NCBI GenBank assembly: GCA_040954595.2
Contig: CM082589.2
Coordinates: forward strand, 7,694,132-7,758,131
DNA from: Balanoglossus misakiensis
Taxonomy: Eukaryota; Animalia; Hemichordata
Direction: 5' to 3'
DNA length: 64,000 nt
Shown one piece after another: positions 28,654 through 38,978 of this stretch (within the stretch, counting starts at the first letter, position 1; each line of letters begins with the position of its first letter). The position numbers were made by a program, and so were the translations under genes. The notes under the pieces are model-generated. The model was not told the DNA's origin, did no database searches, and saw only the letters and a program-made list of their open reading frames with translations.

Positions 28654-29395
28654 CAGACAGAGAGAGATTACTTGGACACAAGCCACATGAGTCAAAATGA
28701 CATTTAACCATAACTGACGAAGTGGCGTTCAGCTCAAATAATCAAAATTATTTCCATGTTCTGATATCATTTTAGTGTCCAAAATAGAATGCATTTAAAG
28801 CAGTAAAATGTGGTTTTATTTTCCAGTAATAAAAGTGTTCCACGTTGTTGGCGCCGGTGGTCGATACTCCTTGAACTACGACTCTGCTAGGACTGCGTGC
28901 ACAAATAACCAAGGACGCATAGCAACGTACGATGAATTGGTAGAAGCTTGGGGCCAAGGTCTGGAAGAATGTCGGGGTGGATGGTTAGAAGGTGGACGTG
29001 TTGCATACCCCATGCAAAGAGTGGACGGTAACTGTGGCAGCAGAATAGGCGTCATTGATTGGGGAATCAGACCCACAAGCGAACAGTATGATGTGTACTG
29101 TTATCCAGAAGGTAAGAAAAAAATTCCAATAATATTCACACTACAATTTCCCTGTTTTGGCCTGTTTGTGAATCAATGAAGAGTTGTCAAACATTAACCA
29201 GAAAAAGACAGTATACGTCTCAGCATCGTTACATTCAAACAAGTTTTCTTTCGTTTAGATATTTCCCAATTGTGTTCGAATACGTGCCGTTACCCTGGAG
29301 ATAACGAATGTGATGATGGTGGACCCAATTCACAATACAGCCTCTGCGACTACGGAACCGACTGTGATGACTGTGGACCCCGCCCTCCACTGTGA
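23197..29395 (+). CDS. Secreted S8A protease-Link-Link-Cys-rich tail, copy 2 (intact, ~658 aa). Exons: 23197-23424, 24030-24179, 24678-24807, 25145-25257, 25591-25732, 25924-26108, 26509-26680, 27367-27516, 27996-28280, 28827-29111, 29259-29395
   Basis: Same exon sizes and phases as copy 1 for the first ten coding exons. Catalytic [24 protein letters not shown] intact. The last exon reads [45 protein letters not shown]. Confidence 0.93.
24221..24620. repeat. Expanded intronic (TCTG)n/(TATG)n/(GGAT)n microsatellite
   Basis: Direct reading. Confidence 0.97.
26979..27272. mobile_element. Non-autonomous DNA element with GGCC termini and TTA TSD (PIF/Harbinger-like); a left-truncated counterpart lies at ~8385-8600
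   Basis: tta|ggccaagtaaaaaaaatatgtgctgttccgattac ... gtaatcggaaaagcacatatttttttaatttggcc|tta. Confidence 0.7.
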
Positions 29396-31247
29396 ATCAG
29401 CCTTCACTGAAACTCACAAGGGAAGATGGACATCATTCGCGGTAACACTGCGGTGCATGCATGAAAAAATGACAATAGATTAGGATTTTCATCTCTCTCT
29501 GTAGCATGACAGTATACGACTTTTAAATTAAGCTACCCTCTCGGGTAGCTATCGTTGCTACTGGTATTATCTTTTGGGAATAAACATATTGGTTATTGCA
29601 TTGATATGTTGTCATGGCATTAATATACTTATTTCTTTCGTCAAAAGTTACAAACTTACGTGACATATACTTAATCACAACAAAGGTGAAATTTGTCTTC
29701 CCCAACAAGCGTATTTGCATATTTTCCATGGGTTATAGCTCATGAAAACTGTCAATAGATGACAAATTTTCGACTTTGCTGATGATTGTTTATCAACTGA
29801 TACAAAGAACAAACAATATCTATGAAAATACGCCTAGTCTGTCGCCCAGTGACACCTATCGGAGAATGGTATCACCCACACCATGGTGGGCGGAAGTTGG
29901 TCCTGGCGCTTTTTTTCCCATGATTCAAATTACAGTAAACGCCATATTGGAAATTCTGCCAACTTTCACTAGATTTTGTAAAAAATCGCGCGACCTATAC
30001 ATGGCGAATATGATTTTTTCTGAAAGAGTGACATCAAAGCTACCAAATTATGTAGAAATCAGCTACGACGGATTTCCCCTTTAATATCAATACATTTATC
30101 TGGAGAAGTCACGCCCACATCTTTACTTCTAAACGTGGTTAAGACAAACAGAATGAGCTATTTCAACGTTGAGCGCGTACTACACACGTCCAGCGTGTAC
30201 CGCACATATGCAAAATTCCTTCACAGAAATTTAAATTTTCCAATTACTGAAATATACAACAAGCCCCGGAACAATGACCCGATACTGTAATATTGGTGAT
30301 TTAGATTCTCCGTCTTGAATGAAAATGAAAGGTGACCCGCTTAAATTGGAATATGGGTGCGAATGAAATATATTTACACTGCGAGACAAATCGTAGTGAG
30401 TCTTGTAGTGTGGCAAGTATTTGGGGGAAAACAGTGGCTCACAATGTGAGCAATACATTTGCTTTATATTTCATATTCATAACATGGCCGGCGGCATTGA
30501 GAGCCAATTCAATGGAAAATCATGCAAGATACACGTATCACCAAGAGACTGAACGCAACAAAATGGGTCAACCTAATTTTCATTATTGCAGTTTGCTTGG
30601 CAATTTATAATTTCAAAAACAACTATTAGGTCGATTCCGCCTGTGTGTTGATCATATTGGCCGAAACGGCAGGGGTGTCCCAGCCAAAACAAAAATGGTC
30701 GCGAAAATAAGCAGCCGAAAACCTAAAACCTTCTATTCTTCGCCACATTTCATTTATTGGCTGGTCTGTCTAGTGTACCATCACCTCATCGATGCTAACT
30801 TTGAGGGGGGAAAGTAAACATTACTCAAATATTCATTTCCCCAGGTTTTTTTTACGGAAGTTGCACAGCGGAGTGGAATTGATTGCCTTTATATCATGAC
30901 ATTCCGATGCGGGCGCGTATCCCCCTGATATCTGGTACGAAAACGAGGCTGAGGGGAATACCCTAAATCGTGCACGTCATAACACGTACTGGTGGTGTCC
31001 TAAAAGGAAAAACAAGTTACTTGTTCATTGTTGCTGAAGAGATATTTGCCCGAGACGGAGTACAAGTTAGCGGTAAAATCACTGCGTAAGATAAGGTAAA
31101 ACTGACTTGAATTGTTCTTCTTATCTTTTTGCTAGTTTTGAAGTTGAAAAACCCGATGGGAAACACAGGACACTACCATGTGCTATGCTGTATGAAATTA
31201 CCGATGCCTGACTGGGTTTACATATAACGGTATTGCATGAGCTTCTG

Positions 31248-31336
31248 TAGCTCTGTGTGGCAGGGCTGTGTGTTGAAAACGGCTATGTGGTTGAGGCATA
31301 GCCGTTAACAACACAAATCCCTGCCACACAGAGCTG
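31248..31336. mobile_element. 89-bp hairpin mini-MITE with 9-bp TSD GAGCTTCTG in the putative first intron of NLR copy 1
   Basis: tagctctgtgtggcaggg...ccctgccacacagagctg; TSD at 31239-31247 and 31337-31345. Confidence 0.85.
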
Positions 31337-31436
31337 GAGCTTCTGATAATCTCGTGCCCACTCGCATTTAGTTCAGTCTCCTGATGAGTGAGTCAGTAAT
31401 CTAATGCATATCTTTTTGTGGTGTTGTCAACTAAAG

Positions 31437-34400
31437 ATGGCGGCTCTTGACCTTTCTGGCGAGGTGGAAACTACACCTGACAAGGTTAACTACGCCAGGA
31501 TCTGTCGTCTGCTGATCGATGTGGGCACCAAGGTGTTGAGAAGTAGGTTCGACGCTATTCATCCGCCAAGTGCATTACCAGGGGTCTTAAACGCAAACAG
31601 AACGACCTTACAAAATTTAAGACCAAAGGTCATAAACAGCGATGTGTGGAAAAGACTTTACCCAACACTACAAACAACAGCCACAACGTCAGCATATTTT
31701 GACATCAGTCTACTCATGATTCTATTTCGCAACATTTGTGGCCTTAAACCTCCAAAGTCTAACGTATGGAATACTCCCAAACCTAAAAATCATAGCCTGG
31801 AAGCTGATCTTGGCAGGATACGAAGGTTTCGCAACAGACTTCAGCACGGTCACAATGCGTCTATTACGCACGGTGATTTTCAAACCTTCTGGGATGACAT
31901 CACTGTTGTTCTTGTGCGCCTTGGCGCCAAACAGGACGATATCGACAGGTTAAAGACCACAAGTATGGACCCATCTGAGACAGAGAAATGTGAGCAAATT
32001 CTGAAGCAATGGGAAGATTCAGACACTGAGATGAAAGCCTGGATGGCTCGCATGGAAGACAAACAAGATGAACACACTGTTAAACTCAATGAGATTTCAA
32101 ACCAGATCAGAGACGGTAAAGAAGAACAAACTGGGAAACTAGACGAGGTCCTGCAACAAGGAAATAAGTTGGAGGAAACCTTAAAGAAGTTCTGTGATTC
32201 AGGATCCAACACTAAATCATGTGATAGTACAGAGCCAGGATCTAGTACACATTCAGGTAAAAAGATTTACCCACAATCGACAGCGCAATTTTTTACCGAC
32301 GTTTCCCCTTCAAAATGCCAAAGTCAGGTCCTTTTCTATCTTTATAGTTAATATTCATACCGCATTCCATAGATAGTAGAAACATTTACTGACTGTATGT
32401 TATTCAATATCATTCTGACTTTAAATGATGCATTATTCAATATTGAAAGTATAATCATAAATATGCAATTTAGGCCTACAAAACAGTTTGGCCAAATTTC
32501 ACATTTGCAGACAAGTTACATTGAAGTGATTAAGTGAAAACCATGACCGAACATAGAGAAAATGTCGACAAGTCTAATATGACAGAGAAGTTATCATCAA
32601 CGTTAACTTGATATTTCATATTTCAGATAGGCCTTCTGGACGTCAGAGGTTGGAACAGTGTCTGAAAGAAATCTACAAAAGACGTTTTGCCAAATTTCAA
32701 CCCCTGCCTTGGAACGATCAGTTCTTTCTTTATATGCGTGATGTGTATACACGGTTAGAAGTGGCAGAAGTTGATGAAAGGGGGAAGATGAAGTTGCAAA
32801 GTGAAAATCCTGCTGAGGATAATGTGACATTTAAAGACGAAAGAAAAATGTTTGCATTATCTGAGACTGAGGGTGGACTGAAACCACTGCGAATAAGAGT
32901 TGAAGGGGCACCAGGTATAGGGAAATCAATCTTTTGTAGGAAAATGGCTTATAGCTGGGCTTGTGGAAACTTAGACCAATTTAAGTTGGTACTCCTATTA
33001 GAAGCCAGACATATTAATAAGTCCTCTATTGCAGAGGTCATATTTGATCAGCTACTTCCAGATGATGCAAACATTACTGAAGGTGAGTTACTTGAGATAC
33101 TGCATGATAATGAGGAATCCATTTTGTTTCTTTGTGATGGGTTAGATGAGACGGATGTCAGTATAAAGAAGGATTCACATATGAGTAGAATTATTGCAAA
33201 GAAATTACTGTCCAGGAGTACAGTTGTTATCACTACAAGACCCCATGAATGTGATACAGAGCTCAAAGATTGTGATTCACATTACAAGATTCAGGGCTTC
33301 ACGTCAAATGATTGCAAAGAATATATGTTAAAGTACTTCAAACAGAACACTGAGAGTGTAGAGAAATTAATATCGGTTCTGGTGTCCGATCTGCGTGTAT
33401 CGTTTGACTTTGATCACGGCAAGACAGACAGTGTTCTTTCCAATCCACTATTCATGTCACTCGTGTGTATTCTCTGGGAAGATTACCATGATGGGGAGCC
33501 CTTTCCCACCAGACAGACAGAATTGTATTCGGAAATTGTACAGTGCATTTTGAAGAGGTATTGTCTTATTAATAAGCAGGGCATCAGCCTCGACGACGAT
33601 GGAAAAGTACCCATTGATATAATAGACGAAATGAATACATTGTCCGAAATTGCATACAAGTACTTAAATAGCAATGATGTCTTGATCAAGGAATCTGATG
33701 TAGAACCTCGATGGCTCCTATCATTAGGGTTCCTCGTTTGTGATCGTGGGGTTTCAAGAACAAAGCCAAGAAAGGTTTGTTTCTTCTCCCATAAAACCTG
33801 GCTCGAGTATTTTGCCGCCTCACATATTGCAAAGCGTTTGAGCGAGGGTGACTCATTTGATGAATTCCAGTATCTGTTTGAGAACATCAATCACTTTTAC
33901 CAGGTTGTGTTGTTCCTTACTGGTAAACTGAAAAAAAAGGCTGGATGTCTCTTCAGTGCCATGGTACCAGTTGTTGACAAATCATTATATGATGTCGAAG
34001 ATGTAAATGATCGAAAGAAAGTAGTGCAGGTAACCAGATTAATCAGAATGTTGGATGAAAGCATTGATTATAAAGACTTTTTCAACAGTGTTTCTCCAAT
34101 TGTCCAAAAACTATCCCATTACACTTTCTTCACCTCTGGTCGAAGAGAGATTTACGAGCCATTTGATCGTTTTGTTCCATATGTTGACAACTTTATGACG
34201 AAACAGAATATTTGCTGTAATATATCCAGTTACAAAATGTACAATATGATCATTGAGTTGTTGGAATACCATCAGAGCACAAAAGCAAAGCCACAGCATG
34301 ACAAACTCCTTCAGTTGAATGTCAGTCAATTGGACGAGTCTCAGCTATCACGCCTGGCTCACGTGCTTGAGCACCATCTCATTTCCCTCAAGTGGCTCAT

Positions 34401-34782
34401 TTTGATGGCAGGTGATGAAACCAGTGCAGAAACTCTTAGAATTCTCGCAAAGGTTTTCAGGAAAACTCAGGCAGTCAAAAATGTTGCTATACGTGCAGTT
34501 GTTGCCGGAAAGGAGGATGAGTTCGCTGATTTGTTTGAGAATGTAGCGAAAAATAGGAATGTAAATTGCTTATCACTCCTCGTAATTGGACCATCCAGCA
34601 CTGACGTAATCCCTTTTGAAGTGTTGAGAAGTGGTGACCTCAATGACCTCTGCATCACCGTGGTTCAAGGGGAGAACTTGGCCAAACTGGCAGACTTCCT
34701 TCAAAAATGCCAGGGAAATACTAACGTTTCGTGTTGCATTTATCACAAAGAGGCCCTTACAGGAGAAGGGGGCTCCACATAA
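31437..34782 (+). CDS. NLR-like protein copy 1: DZIP3-type HEPN - coiled coil - NACHT - degenerate LRR-like region (exons 31437-32256, 32627-34782; ~991 aa to the first stop)
   Basis: HEPN_DZIP3-like NYARICRLLIDVGT...FDISLLMILFRN...DLGRIRRFRNRLQH (Rx4H). Walker A GAPGIGKS, Walker B LFLCDGLDE, sensor 1 ITTRP, NPL motif, winged-helix FSHKTWLEYFAA. Phase-1 GT-AG intron. Confidence 0.9.
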
Positions 34783-35453
34783 TTTCGAAAATGAGTCCAA
34801 GTTTGAAAGCGCTGAGAATGCAACCATTTCAACTGATTCAAAGTGATTCATCTACCGATGTCACATTGTGCAAAAACTTCTCTGACGACAGTCTAAATTT
34901 ATTGAAGAACAACACAACGTTGGAAGAGTTAGATTTCCTGATAGGCACTGAAAGTGTACCAGTTATGTGCGAACTAATCAGAACAAACAGGAGATTAACA
35001 TCACTCGTATGTACTATACCAATAAGTTCTTGCAGGATCTGTGAGGATTTGGCATCAGAGCTAGAAGCCATATCCAATGCACTCTGCTCAAATTCTACGT
35101 TAGAAAGTTTCACTCTCAGTATATATGGTGATGTCAGTTCAATACGAAAACTAATATCAACCCAAATACAAAATAAAGATGAATTGGTCGACGAAGTATA
35201 CAAGTATCATGAGTACATTTTGACTTTTCTGATGTTTCAGGTGTTTAGACATATGAAGGCTGGCAAGACCGGTTTGAAAAGAATCTCATATAGGTTTCTG
35301 GCAGAGTACAGCGATAAGATATTGTATTCCTTCTTGGATTCTTTTTTCAAAGATGATATGAAATCGTATTCAACATACACTTGCAAGAAACTATGTGTAC
35401 AGTTCACTCGGTGGCATGGTTATGTTCATGAGCTCATCATCAATAGACCTTGA
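34731..35453 (+). CDS. C-terminal LRR-like continuation of NLR copy 1 in the -1 frame
   Basis: RI-like LRR segments LKNNTTLEELDF, IRTNRRLTSL, LCSNSTLESFTL. The ORF overlaps the end of the NACHT ORF, and its frame is preserved in copy 2. Confidence 0.75.
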   Translation: MLHLSQRGPYRRRGLHIISKMSPSLKALRMQPFQLIQSDSSTDVTLCKNFSDDSLNLLKNNTTLEELDFLIGTESVPVMCELIRTNRRLTSLVCTIPISSCRICEDLASELEAISNALCSNSTLESFTLSIYGDVSSIRKLISTQIQNKDELVDEVYKYHEYILTFLMFQVFRHMKAGKTGLKRISYRFLAEYSDKILYSFLDSFFKDDMKSYSTYTCKKLCVQFTRWHGYVHELIINRP

Positions 35454-37777
35454 GGGAAATCATGTCCTATAGGTGAAAGAAGAGGGTATAAGAGAACCTT
35501 GTGTCTGTTTCTGTGGTATTTCTGTGGATATCTTTAAGTCCACCTGTCGTCCGAGTCAGTGGATGAAATTTTGACCACTAAGGAGTTGTATGTGTGTATT
35601 GATGGTCTTGTTGGTGGCAGTGGAGTTCATATGGCTACTTCCTCTCGCCTTGTGCTTTTTTTGTCACAATACCAGGTGATTATACCGTACCTTTATATAA
35701 ACCCAATTGAGTTTTGTTGTCAAGAATGATTTTGAAGCTATTGCAAATGGTACTAGAAACATGTTCATCAGATACAAAGTTCTTTCGTCGAATTAAAGAA
35801 TAATAGTCGGCAATTTAGTCTGAGAGCAGTATTTTATTGAAACTTGGTGTTCGATTTTGGAGTACTGATTACAAACAATTGGCGTATTCTGTACACAAAG
35901 GACAGTAATTTCTTAGCTGCAAAGTATTGTCATTGTAATTATTTGGGGGTCACACACACCATTAAGACTGTTCTGAAGTGTCACGTCAACACCTCTCTGC
36001 AACCCCTTGTCTATGGGGTGAGCGTCAGTGCTATAAATAAACTTTGTGTGTGTGGACACAACGCGACTCAAAGGATTAATGCTCTGTGTTTACCATAGGC
36101 AAATAGTGTTTCAAATTGTGTGTGTGTGTGATCCTGGTATTAGAAACCTAGTACGTAATCGTGTGTACTAGATGTACAATTTTCATGTGATAATATTTGA
36201 ACAAACATTTCACTGATATGTACTTGTGTCTTAATTTAAACTTCGAAACAGTTCTTTTGAAAGGCTATTCTGTTCTGTAACACAATTACAAATCACAAGT
36301 TTTTAAGTGCATGAGCATTTTCATGTAAAGTAAGTTGCCTGCACCCTTCATACTAGATGTAGCATAAACTGGGCTCAGTTATTTTGGAGGGAAAGTTACA
36401 AAAAATCATGACGTACGACTTAGATGGTAGACATCAAAGTGTGAAGAAATCTGTTCTTATTTCTGCTCATTTACCTTGGGTGTGATGAAACACATCTTCT
36501 AAACATTTTCATTATCTCAAGGTGTCTTTAGTTTGCTACAGAAGTTAAATGTTTTAGTGCCAATTTGTCACGTCAAATTTCATCAGTTGTGAAATGGTAA
36601 TAACAAGTTGAATTGCCTTTCTTATCGGTATCGTTTATTTTCAACACAGTGTGCGACAAACAATGCTACTGGTTACATGAATGCATGACACTACACTGGA
36701 CAACGACATTTTTTACGCTGCTAACTTTTGGAGTACATGTATCTTTAGGCCGCTATTGTAGTACATTCCGTGTTTCTGGTTGGTAAACAAAGTGTATTAG
36801 TACCTAAGCCGTAGGTCTACATGATAAATAAATTTTCACATAAAGCTGTTTGCGAAATCCTATTGTGGTTTGATTTCAAAATAGATGTATTAATATGCAC
36901 ATTTTATGCATAATTTGTAGAAATTATTCAACCTACTTTTTTCAAAACTCAGATAAAACGATTTGAATGTGGTGGTTTTAGGCTTCGGGTTCACCGAGAA
37001 GATTCACCATCCTCCTTACGGCCGCGCCCCAACACTAGTCCGATAGAACAACATTATATTATCATACATGCGTACATCTGCTGTGGTGAAGTTCTGCTTT
37101 TAAAATTCCGATGGTACATCAATTTGTTCATCATAACTTTCTGTCGCCAATTCTGAGAACCAAAATGTTCATGTAAATATATATATATATATATACTTCA
37201 TATGATCCAATAGACACTGAGACAGTAATATCCATTATGTGCCCAACTACCTTTTATTCAGCAGAAGTGAAATTAAAGCAAAAAGTTCCATAACAATGCA
37301 GAGAAAAAAAATGCAAATTGCATGCACACTTCACTGAACTATGAAATGTGGTATTCAGGATATTGCAGAATGATGTCAGGTTGGACCAATAGACCTAAAG
37401 AACACAGAAGAAAATGTGTATATGATTATCAAGACACTAAATCATACATAAAGGCCTTCATATAAGCTGCCGCACTTCAAGACATATACACTAAGGAAGG
37501 TTTCATGATATCAGGTGAGAGATTTTTTTTCATTCTTGATCTTCGCAGCATTTTCTCAGTTTGGCAGATAGCTACAGCTGTAATTACTGTAGCGGGTGCA
37601 TGCTGCTGGGTTGACAGGTGTTCACAACATCAGTCAACCCAGCAGAACCCTCGACAATCATTGCAGCTAGCAGCTGGCCACCAAAAACGGGTAGACATGC
37701 ATACACGCGCGCACACACAAACACGCACGCACACACAGGTACATACATGATTCCAAAGTCCATGGGTTAATTTCTCT

Positions 37778-38978
37778 TTAACACTCGCTGGCAAAATCAT
37801 GTTCCAAATAATCCATGAAATCAGGGTAACGTTCACAGTTCACCTGTTTGTGGCAGAGTAGTAGAGTCTGTGGAACAAAAGACAGCAACAACATAAAATT
37901 ACATCCGCAGAATGATCCTATGTTACATATAACAGGTGCGCGAACAAACGAAATTTATGCAGGCAACGTCTAAAATGGCAAATTACTTAACTCCTGACAG
38001 TGTAATCTATATTATCTCGCGAGAACCAGGCCTTCTCGCGAGAAACAGGCTTTAGAGCATAAAGAATGTGAGCTAACAGGTCTAATGAAAAATCATTTGT
38101 ACTCGGAGAATTTCAAAAAAATAAACTCGTAGACTGCATACGTTCACAAACCTCAGTGAGTTAGCTTTTTGGGCTTGTGCATTATTTTTTTTCGAGGCGC
38201 GTCCACCTGCAGATGACACACGCCAGCGTGTCACCATGGTAACCACAGGGACAAGATTTACTTAACACGATATATTTAGCAACATTGTTCGCCCCTATCT
38301 AATTGCGTAAAGACCATACACATGAATTGAATTGAATTGAAATACTTTACCATTTGGGTATACAGTAGCTGCATGGTGGGTTTGAACACAGAACTTTAAG
38401 ATAAACACCGAAGATTCGTATGTAGAGGGAGGCGGTATATTGTCCCCTGATCGTCAACGTCGATTATTAAATTAATTGGTGCACTATAGGCGATTAATCA
38501 TATTCCCATATTGAAATGTATACTTTCGTTCCAGTGTTATGTCTATCAGAATAAACATACTATGTCATTATTCAAATCATAACCGAACTAATATCAACTT
38601 ACCTCCATTTCTGAGCACTCGTCATCTCCGTGTCCATTCGCTAAAAAGCAAGAGTACAAGCTGAAGTTGTCACTCCATTGACACTGCGAACAACAAGTAA
38701 CATGAACAATAATTAAGCTGACCGGCTGGAGTGAGCGTTTGTTTAATATATCTGGTATTTTTCATTATTAGATCCATTCACTGCCGACCACAATTATTAT
38801 GTCAGCAAAACGAAATTGGGACTAAATATATATCCCACAGTCACTGTACATAACTAACTTGGCAAGAAGTCGCCTGTGACTGCATGTATAGCATATTATA
38901 CGAGCAAACACTTACCACACGATAGGCCTCGGTAGCAATGGCTGTACAAGCCAGCAGCATTATGATTGAAATCTTCAT
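37778..38978 (-). CDS. Small secreted six-cysteine peptide, copy 1 (77 aa; coding exons 38978-38916, 38683-38603, 37867-37778): MKISIIMLLACTAIATEAYRVCQWSDNFSLYSCFLANGHGDDECSEMETLLLCHKQVNCERYPDFMDYLEHDFASEC
   Basis: Three phase-0 exons with GTAAGT donors and pyrimidine-rich AG acceptors, and a signal peptide ending in A-T-E-A. Also a putative non-coding exon 1 (~40120-40048), a 3'UTR intron (37746-37395) and AATAAA at 37258-37253. The structure is conserved in copy 2. Confidence 0.88.

Noticed and set aside
34713-34719. In-frame canonical slippery heptamer G GGA AAT upstream of the NLR frame break
   Set aside because: A -1 shift here reads GGG AAA TAC TAA and stops at once, so it cannot reach the downstream LRR-like frame.
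37505-37750. Plus-strand ORF conserved in both units (also 49978-50214)
   Set aside because: It lies within the 3'UTR intron of the peptide gene; similarity is explained by recent duplication and the C-termini diverge.
38351-38368. Possible 18-nt micro-exon of the peptide gene on the - strand
   Set aside because: Length and donor are not conserved in copy 2, and the cysteine spacing matches between copies without it.
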